Of a stretch of 64,000 nucleotides of DNA, positions 11,140 to 21,862 are shown in pieces. The stretch is from Candidatus Heimdallarchaeota archaeon (GTDB taxonomy: Archaea; Asgardarchaeota; Heimdallarchaeia; Hodarchaeales; Hodarchaeaceae): contig CP070695.1 of assembly GCA_020353515.1 (NCBI GenBank), positions 3,945,460 to 4,009,459 on the forward strand. The letters are read 5' to 3'. Each line of letters opens with the position of its first letter. Position 1 is the stretch's first letter. The notes beneath the pieces were generated by a model. That model ran no database searches and had not been told where the DNA came from. It saw nothing but the letters and a program-made list of their open reading frames with translations. The position numbers were made by a program, and so were the translations under genes.

Positions 11140-12150
11140 TTAATTTTCATTTATCAGCCATTCTTTTGGGAATAAACCGAAACGATGGTTGATCAATGCA
11201 ATTTTATATGTCAAAGTAGGTGATGACTCTTTTTTCTGACCAAAATCATATGAGTTATAAGCTCTCCAAATGGATTCTGGTATAAAACCTCCTTCTTCCC
11301 TTTGTTTTCTATTCACAATAGCTAACATCTCTTGAAAAGCTTGTGTTTTTCGTGCATCTTCATATAAACTTAACACATCAAGAACATGTATGATATTATA
11401 GTAAATATTCGGATATTTCAACTTCTTGAAATCTGTTCCGATTCCAAATAAGTAGATCTTTCTTTGTTTCCTATTTTCCCAGAAATCTAATTGGGCTTGA
11501 AGTGCATTTTCACACACCTTCCTCACCCTTTGTGTATTATGAAATGCTAATGCTTTCAATGCTAGTAAATTACCATAAGGGCAATGGTCGTCTTTCCTTC
11601 CAGGACCACGGAATTTAGGTATTGAACTGAAACATCCAAACCCATTCTCGCGAGCTAAATTAATTAGATGATTAACAGCCTTTTTAATCCGTTCATCAGT
11701 CTTGTATCCCATATAACTAAGAAAGTAGATTAGAATTGGAATATCACATGTCATCCAATCCCATGATGGTTCACCACTCCCTCTGAATCGCTTTGGTACC
11801 AATATGTTTGTTAACAATGCTCCCTCTGATGACTGATGATTAAGGATTTGTTCACAGATTTGTGAAATTCCTGGATCTTCTCGGTTAAGACCAAATTCAA
11901 CGAGAATCTCAAGATGGTGAATGGGATGTTTAGCATCATTATGTCGCTTTAAAGGTATATTTTCCCATTTTTTGCTACTTTCAATGCAATTCTTGATGAA
12001 TAAGTCCTTTAACATGATTTTCTTATGTTTTAAAAGCTCATCTTCGTCAATATTGTTAGTTAACAGGTTTTTATGTAAATTATAACGCACCCACGGCTGC
12101 GAGGCGTTTAATAAAGAAGGGAATGGATTATATTTCAGCATGAAGATCAT
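11140..12150 (-). CDS. Alpha/alpha-toroid (prenyltransferase/terpene cyclase repeat-like) protein
   Basis: QSSEGA, ARENGFGC and QREEGGF repeat-like motifs. Confidence 0.55.
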   Translation of the reverse strand: MIFMLKYNPFPSLLNASQPWVRYNLHKNLLTNNIDEDELLKHKKIMLKDLFIKNCIESSKKWENIPLKRHNDAKHPIHHLEILVEFGLNREDPGISQICEQILNHQSSEGALLTNILVPKRFRGSGEPSWDWMTCDIPILIYFLSYMGYKTDERIKKAVNHLINLARENGFGCFSSIPKFRGPGRKDDHCPYGNLLALKALAFHNTQRVRKVCENALQAQLDFWENRKQRKIYLFGIGTDFKKLKYPNIYYNIIHVLDVLSLYEDARKTQAFQEMLAIVNRKQREEGGFIPESIWRAYNSYDFGQKKESSPTLTYKIALINHRFGLFPKEWLINEN

Positions 12151-12245
12151 TAACCCGAAAGTCTAAGAATGGAAATAAGATTTGACTTATCAATCCCAGG
12201 AAATTATTATCGTTTAAGATTATACGACTTGCATAATGATCGACA

Positions 12246-13039
12246 ATGAAGACTGAAATCTCTCTAAGTGATTACCTATCGCAAGATGAAGTAGAAAAGA
12301 TCGCAAATTTTATACTAGCATATGAACAGGATGGTGGGGATTCAGTTTTTCAAAATATACTCCTGCTACTCGAGAAGATACGTATTATGCCGTAAAAGGC
12401 CTAAATCTGATTAATTATCGGTATCAGGGAGAGAAAATAATAAAATATATCAAAAATCTTCTTCCAAAGCAAATTATTAGCTATAAATATTTCTTTCAAC
12501 TACTTTATTTGGTTCTTACTTATGATCTTAAGTCTCAAAGAAATCTCATGGCAACTCTGATAAAACGATCCGAATCTCAATATCACAACATATCGGATCT
12601 TTATTATTACGTATTATCCATGAATGCACTTAACCTTCGCTTGCCCCAACGAATCTATGAAATTATTGCTGACTATTGTATTGAATCCCTTAAAGATTTA
12701 CCAAACACTGTTAAATATCTTCTCCTCTTATCGGCTCTTAATATTTCATATGATAAGGATTTTTATCTCTCTTATCTAAACCGTTGTCAATCTGGGGATG
12801 GAGGTTATGGTTTTTTACCTGGTTCAACCTCCTTCCTTGAGAATGTCTGTTATGCATTAAGAGCGTATCAGAATCTACAGTTCCCTCCAAAGCATACAGA
12901 TAAAATTTTTGCATTCATTCAGCGGTGTCAAGGCCGAAGAGGAGGTTTGGGGAGAAAAGATATAACTCTCCCCACGATTAAGTCTACCTCTCATGCCCTT
13001 GAAAGTTTGTCAATTCTCCGAACTTTCGAAGTTAAATGA
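12246..13039 (+). pseudogene. Prenyltransferase/squalene-cyclase repeat protein with a 1-nt frameshift in a G run (12336-12339)
   Basis: ATG 12246 frame gives ...ILAYEQDGG; the other frame continues FSFSKYTPATREDTYYAV into ORF 12509-13039 (CQSGDGGYG, CQGRRGGLG repeats). Confidence 0.7.
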
Positions 13040-13055
13040 AATGAGCTTTATGTGT

Positions 13056-13832
13056 TTAAATATAATAACCTGGTCCTTGATCTTTCGCTTCGTCTTCTCC
13101 TTGTTCGAGTACTTCTCGTGCAAGGCTTGTTATCCGTTCATTTTTAGCTTGTGCTTCTTCTATCGTCAAATCTAGATCCTTGAGTTCGATTTTTAAGGGG
13201 TAGAGTTTGGTTAATTTAGTTAAAAGGGCTTTACTTGCTTTGGGGTCTGTTCCAGCCAGAGTGAGTTTTCCTAGTAAGCCAAAGCTTTTCATATTTCGTT
13301 CGGCTGCTAGTGCTGAGAGGACTCCTACTGCTCCCGTTACTTCTCCTCCCTTTAAGAGGGTGACATCATGTTCTTCCAACCAGTCGAGAGTGGGCTTATC
13401 GTACCCGAATCCTGCGACTTCGGGGCCCTCTTCGTGGACACGTAATCCTCCTAGGCAGATCAATGTATCTGCTTTTAGGTCAATTACATAATCGAGTACG
13501 CTATTTAAGACTTGGATGATTCCGATATCATGAGGTTGAGCATCTCCCGTCAGAATTAGCAAATTAGGTGTTGTTTCTGTAATCGCGTAGATTTCCATTC
13601 GTGCTAATCGTCCCATACTGGTTTTACTATCGATCTGAACGACTGGAGGAAAGAATGAGCTATAAATTCGGGCAATTTCTTGTGCATTAAAATGTTTGAT
13701 TAAAAAATTAGCTGCAATTTTTCCTATTAGGCCCATTCCTGGTAATCCTTGAATAACCACTGCAGATGGCTTGACCTTAACGTCTGATACCTTATGTAAA
13801 TATGTAAACGAATTTCCATTTGGTTGGCGCAA
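13056..13832 (-). CDS. PAC2-family proteasome assembly chaperone
   Basis: GLPGMGLIGKIAA, YSSFFPP, LTGDAQP, ICLGG, DPKASK. Confidence 0.88.
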   Translation of the reverse strand: MRQPNGNSFTYLHKVSDVKVKPSAVVIQGLPGMGLIGKIAANFLIKHFNAQEIARIYSSFFPPVVQIDSKTSMGRLARMEIYAITETTPNLLILTGDAQPHDIGIIQVLNSVLDYVIDLKADTLICLGGLRVHEEGPEVAGFGYDKPTLDWLEEHDVTLLKGGEVTGAVGVLSALAAERNMKSFGLLGKLTLAGTDPKASKALLTKLTKLYPLKIELKDLDLTIEEAQAKNERITSLAREVLEQGEDEAKDQGPGYYI

Positions 13833-13903
13833 TAATGTCTCCTCGATTAACCATCATGGTCATTAATTTTATTGACTAGCTTTCTCTTAAAAAGAGCGAT
13901 TCT

Positions 13904-15934
13904 TCACTGATTTGCAATTTCTGAGGTTGGATTCACCCAGGTTTCTTGTATTTTCTTTGCTTCCACTAGCCAACTAGCTATTCGTGCATGTTCTACTCGT
14001 TCTTGAATCGTTGCTTTCCGTTGTATCAATTCATTCCATTTATCGAGTTCTGCCTGTACTGTTTCTTGTTCCGCTTTGATTTGGGCAAGAAGATTGACTA
14101 GATTCTTATCTGACGCAATTTTTTTGGCATCACTTAGCAGTTGACTTGCTCCTTCAACATCCCCTCGAACTAAGGCTAGTTTTGTTTGTAAAAGGAGTGC
14201 CATTATGGTCATCGAGGAGGATTCTTGGTTTTGAGAGATTTTGTGAAGTTTTTCTCCGAGATGACTTACTTCTTGGAAAAGATCCTCTGCGGTATCAGAG
14301 TATTTTGTCTCCAGAATGAGTAATTCACACAGGTTTAACATTGATAAGACGGTGATGTTATGGTCTATGATTTCATCTTCGATAATTGTTTGAAAAATCT
14401 GTTGGGCTTGGAATTTCTTTACCATCCGCTTACTCATCTTCAACACAATAGCTTCTGAAAACTGGATACGTAAATGTACAAATTTATTTTTACTTGTCTC
14501 TTTTAGTTCTTGCATTTGTTTCAGATAATCTTCTGCTAACTCTAGAGATTGTAGATCTTGAGCCACTAATATCAGAAAAAACAGAACATATGACATCCAT
14601 AAGCCTATATTTGCTCCTACAATTGTTTCTTTAACGAGAGCTAATCCTGCTTCTAGAGCTTTTATTGCTTGATCATATTTCCCTTGAAGTTTATAGACAC
14701 GACCTAACTGCACAGAACACTGTCCAATTCCGATTTTTAGATCTATTTTAGTGAAAATAGTCTCGCTTTGTTTAATCTTATTCAAGGCTAGTTCAGGTTC
14801 CCCTTGGAGGATGTATGTCATTGCAAATCTTAGGAACGTCCATGCAACGCCTGGATCACTGCCCATCTCCTTGTATATTGATAAGGACTGCTGATAATAA
14901 TCTAAACCAATGTTAAGTTCCCCCTTCCAGATTGAATAAAGATCTCCCAGAGATGATAGTACAAATCCTTCTCCAGATTTGTTACCCAACTCTTTATTAA
15001 GTCTCAAGCTCTGGTCAAAATGTTTTTCAGCCGTAGATAACTCCCCTTTATGAGCATAAAGCCACCCAATGTTATTATGATTAATTATCATCCCATTCCT
15101 GTCCCCAATTTCTTCAGATATTGCTAAAGCTCTTTCTAAATAATTTAGTGTCAAATCATAATTTTCTTTTTCACGATATACGATAGAGATGTTATTATAT
15201 AAACCTCCTATCCACATTTTGTTATCGAGCCCTTGATATAGTGCCAAACTTTTCTCAAGAAAAGGAAGTGCTTTATCGTAATTATCCATGGAAACATAAT
15301 AACAACCCAATCGATTAAGTGAGTGAGCAATTGCAGTTTGGTTTTCTAGCTGTTCACTAATTGTTAAACTTCGATTAAAAAGATCTAGGGCAAGTGCGTT
15401 CTTCCCTGTGAAATTTAGATGGAGAAAACCTATTTCAGTTAATGACTCTACAATGTCATGTTTATATGGAAGTGCTTGTCTTATTACTAAACTTCTCTCC
15501 AACAGCTCTAATGCCTTGTTGATATTTCCATTAACATGATTAAGACCTCCCTGTAGAAACGTAAACAATCCCTGACATTCTTGGATATCAGCTTGAGATT
15601 CTTTTATTCCCGAAAATATCTCTTCTGCTTCTCGGAGGACGTCAGTTTGTTCAGGAATGTTTCGAAGGGTAAAATGAATCGATCCCAACATCAAGTTCGC
15701 CCTCAATACTTGGATGACATCTCCTTTTGAACGAATTTCTTCAAGAACTCCTTCTGCTACTGTTAATGCTTCTTTCAGTTCACCTTTTCGTTCCAAAACA
15801 CGACTTTTAAGAATCAATCCCTCTAATCTCTCTTCTCCTTCTAAGTTGTCTATCGCTTCAAGTGCTTGAGGGTATTTCCCTAAGTCAATGAGTTGCTTAA
15901 TTTCAGATATTTCCATAAGTGATACTCCAGCCAA
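13904..15934 (-). CDS. Large TPR-repeat protein (Asgard-expanded type)
   Basis: Multiple NNIG/ALxYYQQSL TPR repeats. Confidence 0.88.
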   Translation of the reverse strand: MAGVSLMEISEIKQLIDLGKYPQALEAIDNLEGEERLEGLILKSRVLERKGELKEALTVAEGVLEEIRSKGDVIQVLRANLMLGSIHFTLRNIPEQTDVLREAEEIFSGIKESQADIQECQGLFTFLQGGLNHVNGNINKALELLERSLVIRQALPYKHDIVESLTEIGFLHLNFTGKNALALDLFNRSLTISEQLENQTAIAHSLNRLGCYYVSMDNYDKALPFLEKSLALYQGLDNKMWIGGLYNNISIVYREKENYDLTLNYLERALAISEEIGDRNGMIINHNNIGWLYAHKGELSTAEKHFDQSLRLNKELGNKSGEGFVLSSLGDLYSIWKGELNIGLDYYQQSLSIYKEMGSDPGVAWTFLRFAMTYILQGEPELALNKIKQSETIFTKIDLKIGIGQCSVQLGRVYKLQGKYDQAIKALEAGLALVKETIVGANIGLWMSYVLFFLILVAQDLQSLELAEDYLKQMQELKETSKNKFVHLRIQFSEAIVLKMSKRMVKKFQAQQIFQTIIEDEIIDHNITVLSMLNLCELLILETKYSDTAEDLFQEVSHLGEKLHKISQNQESSSMTIMALLLQTKLALVRGDVEGASQLLSDAKKIASDKNLVNLLAQIKAEQETVQAELDKWNELIQRKATIQERVEHARIASWLVEAKKIQETWVNPTSEIANQ

Positions 15935-16007
15935 TACACAGGTTTTTCATGTCTTTTCGTACCTTACTATGAAAAGCTTTCGAAAGGATGTTAAGATAAT
16001 CTCTTTT

Positions 16008-16970
16008 TCAATAATCCAGCGGTGGGCCATCTCGTATCCCTTGGGGGGTGATATGAAACACTGCTTCTCTTTCTGCTAGTTCTGGAGAATCAAAAATTCT
16101 AGCAATCCGTATTGTCCCCCGGGATTTCCGTAATAGTATTCTATGGGTTGGTCTGTGCCCCCACGCAAATCCTAGTGCTGGTTCTAGGCTTCCTGATCCT
16201 GAAAAAATGCTATCTGGGTTACTTAGGATTTGATTCGTTGTCATAATTGCTAATTCGTATGACTCGGCTAAGCGTTGCAGTGTCTCTGCATGGGCCATTA
16301 ACATTTGTTGTCTTCTAGGTAAATTATCTTTTCCTGGGAACTCAGCACGAAAGTGTGATGCCATTGAATCAACAACAATTAATCGTATTTCGTTTGTCTG
16401 AATTAACCTATCTGCTTTTTGAACAATCTGTATCTGATGGTCTGCATTATAGGCTCTAGTTACAAAGATATTTTCTAGAAACTCTTTCGGTTCATCCGTA
16501 TAAGAATAGCTCATCTCTGCAACACGAGTAGGTGCGAATGTGTTTTCGGTATCAATGAATAGAGCTTTCCCATTTAATCCCCCTTCTTCTAAAGGTTGTT
16601 GGACATTGATGCATAACTGAAATGCTAATTGTGTTTTTCCTGTAGAGAATGCTCCGCTAAATTCGGTAATTGCACCAACTGCGATTCCACCTCCGAGAAT
16701 CTCGTCTAATTGTTGGGATGAGGTAGTAATTCGTGGTTTCGTCATTCTTTTCTCGAGGAGTTCCGCTGCTGTTATTGGTTCGGACATTCCAATGAGTTTT
16801 CGTGCCTGGTGTACTGCTCTTTCAGCAGAGCTTTTATTTATCTCACAACGGCGTACCACTTCGTCTGGTGGGGTTGTAGCTAGTGCCATAAGTGTTGGAA
16901 ATTCTTCTTCTATACGTTGCTTTATTTCTTTGGCAATTTTTAAGGAAGAGAAGTCATTTTTCTTTGCCAT
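16008..16970 (-). CDS. radA: RadA/Rad51-family recombinase (RadA or paralog)
   Basis: N-terminal HhH-like domain, Walker A GAFSTGKTQ, FIDTENTF, IVVDS, DSPELAEREA. Confidence 0.8.
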   Translation of the reverse strand: MAKKNDFSSLKIAKEIKQRIEEEFPTLMALATTPPDEVVRRCEINKSSAERAVHQARKLIGMSEPITAAELLEKRMTKPRITTSSQQLDEILGGGIAVGAITEFSGAFSTGKTQLAFQLCINVQQPLEEGGLNGKALFIDTENTFAPTRVAEMSYSYTDEPKEFLENIFVTRAYNADHQIQIVQKADRLIQTNEIRLIVVDSMASHFRAEFPGKDNLPRRQQMLMAHAETLQRLAESYELAIMTTNQILSNPDSIFSGSGSLEPALGFAWGHRPTHRILLRKSRGTIRIARIFDSPELAEREAVFHITPQGIRDGPPLDY

Positions 16971-17083
16971 GATTATCCCTTTTAGGGGTATTCCATTTTT
17001 CGCGCCGTTATCCCAACATCTGCTACAGGGGTTTGATAGGATTCACTTTTTAACATTTTTTGTTTTTTCGAGAAAAAGGGGTT

Positions 17084-17989
17084 TCACTGGTGAATCTTCA
17101 TAAGAATATAATCAATAATATTTTTTGCCACATTAATTTTCGGTTGAGCTTGTTCGAATGCCCTCCATCCTGGACAAGCATTTACTTCAAGTAGGTAGAG
17201 GCCCTTTTCTGTTGGAAATAAATCAATTCCTGCCACCTCGATTCCTATGCGTTCTACAATTCGTAATACTAATTCCTGTTCTTCCGAGTTTAATTCATGG
17301 GCAACACAAGTAGCTCCTTGGGCATAGTTTGTACGCCACTCACCTTTCGGTGCTATTCGACGCATAGCTCCTAATATGGTTTCTCCAACAACTAAGACTC
17401 GGATATCTTCAATCAACTCTTTATTATCATCTGAAACCCCTTGGAGGTATTCTTGTACCATTATTGGTGAATTATAGCGTAGGAATAATGCTTCAATTAT
17501 CTCTTGAGCTACTCTTCTGCTTGGAACAAGTATTGTTCCTAATCCCTGAGTAGCATTAGGAATTTTAATCACAACGGGGAACTTAAAGTTTTCCATCAGT
17601 TTTTCAAACAGATATGAGTTACTAATTAATACAGTCTTGGGAAGTTGAACGCCTGGAATGTTGGATAATTCCTGATAACACCGGAACTTATCTCGAGCAA
17701 TGAATAGTGCCTTAGTAGAAATGGTTGTGGGGATCCCCATTAATTCAAACTGTTTGAGACATAATAATCCAATTTCTGTCTGAGTTCTGCCAATTCTCGG
17801 GATAACACCATCTAAACTTTTTAATGATTGGTTAGCAAATAATGCATCTATAACTGAATTATTGACCAATGGGAAAACAAAACGAGTTGATAAAAAGACA
17901 CCACGGGTGTTATTCCGACGACCTATTTCATTCAGGAGTTGGGCTGTTGGAAAAAATTCTCTATTTTTACTTAATACACCCAAATACAT
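17084..17989 (-). CDS. RimK-family ATP-grasp ligase
   Basis: VIPRIG, RDKF, QGLGT, DIRVLVVG, WRTNYAQG, LEVNACPG. Confidence 0.88.
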   Translation of the reverse strand: MYLGVLSKNREFFPTAQLLNEIGRRNNTRGVFLSTRFVFPLVNNSVIDALFANQSLKSLDGVIPRIGRTQTEIGLLCLKQFELMGIPTTISTKALFIARDKFRCYQELSNIPGVQLPKTVLISNSYLFEKLMENFKFPVVIKIPNATQGLGTILVPSRRVAQEIIEALFLRYNSPIMVQEYLQGVSDDNKELIEDIRVLVVGETILGAMRRIAPKGEWRTNYAQGATCVAHELNSEEQELVLRIVERIGIEVAGIDLFPTEKGLYLLEVNACPGWRAFEQAQPKINVAKNIIDYILMKIHQ

Positions 17990-18122
17990 GGAGCTCTCTC
18001 TATCATGATCTTTGATGGCCTAATATATTTTTCATTCAGATACTATACTAAAAATTTTGTGTAGGCTGTTACTGAACAAAATCATTTCCTAGGAGATACT
18101 TCTTTCAATATTAAAGCAAAAA

Positions 18123-18230
18123 TAGCCCCGCCCAGATTCGAACTGGGGTCGGAGGATTTCACCACGTGTTCCTGTTTATGTGGGAACTCGTTCCAGGGCC
18201 CTCCATGATGGACCGCTACACTACGGGGCT
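18123..18230 (-). tRNA. tRNA-Gln(CUG) with 35-nt intron at 37/38
   Basis: AGCCCCG/CGGGGCU acceptor stem, GAGGG-CCCUGG^A-UCCUC anticodon arm, GUUCGAAUC T-loop, relaxed BHB. Confidence 0.88.
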
Positions 18231-18234
18231 AGTG

Positions 18235-18438
18235 TTAGCGAGTAGGGCTGGAGAATGTAAGAATATTATCAATCAATTCCACATGAGTTATCAGCATTCG
18301 TCTGCAACAATACCGAGTTAATCCGAAAGAATCGAGAAGCTCATTTGATTCTTTACCTTCTTTTAGGCCTTCAACATACTCATCATATAGATGAGCTATA
18401 ACCTTTCCACAGGTATAACACCGTATAGGAATCATCAT
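18235..18438 (-). CDS. rpoN: RNA polymerase subunit N (Rpo10)
   Basis: MIPIRCYTCGK...RYCCRRMLITHV. Confidence 0.97.
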   Translation of the reverse strand: MMIPIRCYTCGKVIAHLYDEYVEGLKEGKESNELLDSFGLTRYCCRRMLITHVELIDNILTFSSPTR

Positions 18439-18456
18439 TGGCTACATTCACCTCTG

Positions 18457-19116
18457 TTAGTATCCAGCATCACTAGCTGGTGTTGGCCGACGCCCTCGTG
18501 GAGCTCTAAAATACTCCACTCGTAATTGGGCATCTCTTTCTGGAGTTAACTCACCTTTTTCTTTCAACACTTCTTTTGTGAGGAGCCAAAAGATCATTGC
18601 GAGCGAGTTTCGACCCTTATTATTGCAAGGGATCGCTAAGTCGATATATTTAGTTACATTGTCTGTGTCTACTAGCGATATGACAGGAATTCCCACTCGT
18701 GCTGCTTCTTTCAATGCTTGTCGGTCAAAATGAGGATCTGAAATCAATACAGTACTTGGTTCAAGATAATGATATCGTCCTTTTATATTGGGATTAGTAA
18801 ATATTCCAGGGATAAAGCGACCAGTTATCGGAACTGCTCCTGTCACTTTACAGAACATCTCTACAGGAAATATTCCATATGCTCGGACACTACACACCAC
18901 TACCTGGTTTATATTCTGTCGGGCAAGAAATTTAGCAGCTGTACGGATTCGTTCATCTGTTTTATGGACGTCTAAGACATAAAGGCCATCGCTTCTTGTC
19001 CTATAAATTGCCCACTCCATACTCTTCATCCCAGAAGAGGTTCCAATGTGAACGCCCGCCTTTAAATAATCCTCTAGGGGTGCAAGGAGCTCCCCTTCTG
19101 TCTCTAAAAGTGACAT
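18457..19116 (-). CDS. rps2: 30S ribosomal protein uS2
   Basis: YLKAGVHIG, GRFIPGIFTN, DTDN, PCNNKGR. Confidence 0.96.
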   Translation of the reverse strand: MSLLETEGELLAPLEDYLKAGVHIGTSSGMKSMEWAIYRTRSDGLYVLDVHKTDERIRTAAKFLARQNINQVVVCSVRAYGIFPVEMFCKVTGAVPITGRFIPGIFTNPNIKGRYHYLEPSTVLISDPHFDRQALKEAARVGIPVISLVDTDNVTKYIDLAIPCNNKGRNSLAMIFWLLTKEVLKEKGELTPERDAQLRVEYFRAPRGRRPTPASDAGY

Positions 19117-19226
19117 TTGATGTAAATTCCTCTAAATAATCATCTTTTCCTGCTTTAAGAGCCAATGAGGGTTCTTAAAACTAAGGTTAAGAAGCTTTGG
19201 AGTATTTTTCAAGAATAAACTGGCCA

Positions 19227-19994
19227 TTAATCATAGATAAATAGAATTGTTTTTTGGTCGGAATCAGCCCAAGAAGCTCGTTTCGATTCTACCATCATTT
19301 TCATGATCATACGAATATCTGGGGGGGGTAATGATGACCAAGATTGTTTCATTTTAACAATATCGAACATTGTAACCATATCATAGCCATTTTGAAAAGC
19401 ATACTCAAATAATTCATCAGTGTGAGACTTCAGAGTTTTCCAGTATATTCGGAGTCGTGTTTTTTCGTCATCCCACCATGCTGCCTTCTCAATTTCAATG
19501 AGGTATTCAGAAATCAAAACTAATTGTGGAAGTGTTAATTTCTTCTTTAGTAGAGGGTTTTTAAATGGATAAACAAGCGCTACTTCTTGGAGATCAAGAA
19601 CATGAAAATTTAGTACTCGTGCAAAATCCAGCATAAATTCTCCCCACGTGGTTAACCATTGTTGTTTCAACTGGGGATCGTCAGGCACCATCCAACGCCA
19701 TGGTTTTCCCACCCATGAAGGAAGAACCGGTTTTACTCGAGGATCAACAGTCCCGGGTTGAAGGTGTGCGGGTTTAACAGGCGTTGGTTTAACAGCAACC
19801 TGAGGAGTCTGAACTTTTGGTACAGCTGTGTGCTGAGAAATAGAGGATTGTGAAACATTAGCGCGGATCTGCACGAAATCTGGAGAGAGAGGCTTGTTTT
19901 GTTCTTTCGTAACCTCATCTAAGACTGATCCAAGTATATCAGCTGATTCTGTCTTTTTCTTCTCTTTTTCTCTTTTTCGTTGCATTTCAGCCAT
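19227..19994 (-). CDS. vps25: ESCRT-II Vps25-like winged-helix protein with disordered N-terminal extension
   Basis: Trp-rich QQWLTTWGEF...PFKN...AAWWD..RLRIYWKT tandem WH pattern; position in ESCRT cluster. Confidence 0.75.
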   Translation of the reverse strand: MAEMQRKREKEKKKTESADILGSVLDEVTKEQNKPLSPDFVQIRANVSQSSISQHTAVPKVQTPQVAVKPTPVKPAHLQPGTVDPRVKPVLPSWVGKPWRWMVPDDPQLKQQWLTTWGEFMLDFARVLNFHVLDLQEVALVYPFKNPLLKKKLTLPQLVLISEYLIEIEKAAWWDDEKTRLRIYWKTLKSHTDELFEYAFQNGYDMVTMFDIVKMKQSWSSLPPPDIRMIMKMMVESKRASWADSDQKTILFIYD

Positions 19995-20035
19995 GAAATT
20001 TCAACTTACCATGTCCCACAGCCTACTCGGAATAA

Positions 20036-21184
20036 TTATCCTCCAAATCGGTCCTTCCACTCTTCATAGCGTGTGAGTTCTTTAGGTGACACAGAAGGTT
20101 TGATACTTTCCATACCAACCAGAAAATCTTTGATACCAGGAGCCCGAGGTTGAATACTAGCATCTTTCAAAGCTCCTTCTGCGTCAAGTTCGCGAATAGG
20201 GTGCATCAAAGCTTCTCGACAAAGAAGAGCTATATCTGCAGCGGTGTATCCAGCAGTGTACTTCGCTAACTCTTCAAAACTGACATCAGAAGCCAACTCT
20301 ACACCACGAGTGTGGATCTGAAACATTTTCTCTCTAGCTTCAATTGTTGGCAAAGTAACATAAACTCGTCTCTCAAACCGTCGCCGCATTGCTGCATCAA
20401 TGTCCCATGGGGTATTGGTTGCTCCAACTGTAACCAACAGTTCTTCTCCTGTACCAAATCCCTCAACTGCCTGCAAAAGCTGAGTTTTAACCCGACGCAT
20501 TGCTTCTCCCTCGGAACTACCACCCCTTGCCCCTGCTAATGAGTCTATTTCGTCAAAAAATATAATTGAAGGAGATTCTTCAACAGCGCGATCATATAAC
20601 TCCTTTACTAATTTCTCTGACTCTCCAAGCCACTTACTAATCAGATTCGCAGCGCTTACTGAAAAAAAAGTAGAATCAACTTCTGATGCAACTGCTTTAC
20701 AAAGGTACGTTTTTCCACAGCCTGGGGGTCCATACATCAAGATTCCTTTCCACGGTTTACGAGCACCCTTAAACAGATCTGGTCGAGACATTGGAAGAAT
20801 GATCGCTTCTCGTAACGCACGCTTTGCACCTTCCATTCCAGCGACATCTTCCCATTTTACATTGGGTTTTTCTCGAACAATAACACTCGAGATTGCCCCT
20901 GAAATTTCTTCATCCTCTTCTGGTGATACTGCGGCTGAGGAACTCTTTTTGACATCAGAAGACTCTATAATCCCGCGAATTTCTTTCACACGTAAAATAT
21001 ATTCCATTGCTTTTTGGTAGTAAAGATTTTTCATATTAGGGTCGTCTGTGAAATTAATCAGCTTCTGTAATTGTTCAGCAGCACTCACATAATAACGAAC
21101 AGCTTGTTGCGCCTGCCCACCTTGATCAAGCTTGTAGGCCATTGCTGCATTTTTTTTAGCAGCATCAAATAACGGGGAGCTCAT
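20036..21184 (-). CDS. vps4: Vps4 AAA ATPase (MIT + AAA)
   Basis: N-terminal MIT, PNVKWEDVAG, GPPGCGKT, SKWLGESEK, FFDEID, RRRFERR. Confidence 0.95.
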   Translation of the reverse strand: MSSPLFDAAKKNAAMAYKLDQGGQAQQAVRYYVSAAEQLQKLINFTDDPNMKNLYYQKAMEYILRVKEIRGIIESSDVKKSSSAAVSPEEDEEISGAISSVIVREKPNVKWEDVAGMEGAKRALREAIILPMSRPDLFKGARKPWKGILMYGPPGCGKTYLCKAVASEVDSTFFSVSAANLISKWLGESEKLVKELYDRAVEESPSIIFFDEIDSLAGARGGSSEGEAMRRVKTQLLQAVEGFGTGEELLVTVGATNTPWDIDAAMRRRFERRVYVTLPTIEAREKMFQIHTRGVELASDVSFEELAKYTAGYTAADIALLCREALMHPIRELDAEGALKDASIQPRAPGIKDFLVGMESIKPSVSPKELTRYEEWKDRFGG

Positions 21185-21243
21185 GTTCTCATCTCTAAAA
21201 AGTACCTTTATTTGACAGGAATGGAAAATTTAGGGGAATTTGT

Positions 21244-21861
21244 TTACCCCTTCTTAATTTTCTCTAATTCTTTCTGTAACTCTTGGGATCGAATGTCGGG
21301 ACTTGGAAGTCCAAAATCTGCCGCAGCTGCTTTTGAAGCACTTAATTCCCCTATTATCTTATCCACCATTTCATCCTCCTCAACATCGGACGTCATCATT
21401 TCAAAACCTTCATCCATGGCTTCTGTAGCCATATCCACCCTCTCAGTCTCAATTTCCATTTGTTGAAGGACACCTTCGAGCTGAGGGATCTTAAGTTGTC
21501 TATTCATGGTGTGCAGGGTCTTTACAAGTCCTTTGAGGTCTTGACCAATTGCCTGTGTGGCTGCAGCTTGCTCTAACTTGAATTTAATGCCTTTCACTCG
21601 ACTAGCCATTTGTTGGCATCCCCGAGCCATGGTTCGATTTTTAGCTACATCTTTAGCTAATAAACGTGCCGTTGTCATATCACCAGCTTCAATAGATCGT
21701 TCAACTTCCTTAAGCATTCGTTTCTCTTCTTTGATGAGTTTATTTCGCTGTCGGTTCATCCGTTTCTCGACCATACGGAGGCGAACAATCCATCTACGAG
21801 TAGATCTAACATCGCTACCTCCACCGCCTTTTAACCAATTTCCGAATTTGTCGAAGACCAT
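21244..21861 (-). CDS. ESCRT-III, Vps2/24/46 class
   Basis: Basic N-terminal hairpin, ARLLAKD, acidic C-terminus, terminal MIM1-like ELQKELEKIK. Confidence 0.88.
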   Translation of the reverse strand: MVFDKFGNWLKGGGGSDVRSTRRWIVRLRMVEKRMNRQRNKLIKEEKRMLKEVERSIEAGDMTTARLLAKDVAKNRTMARGCQQMASRVKGIKFKLEQAAATQAIGQDLKGLVKTLHTMNRQLKIPQLEGVLQQMEIETERVDMATEAMDEGFEMMTSDVEEDEMVDKIIGELSASKAAAADFGLPSPDIRSQELQKELEKIKKG

Positions 21862-21862
21862 C

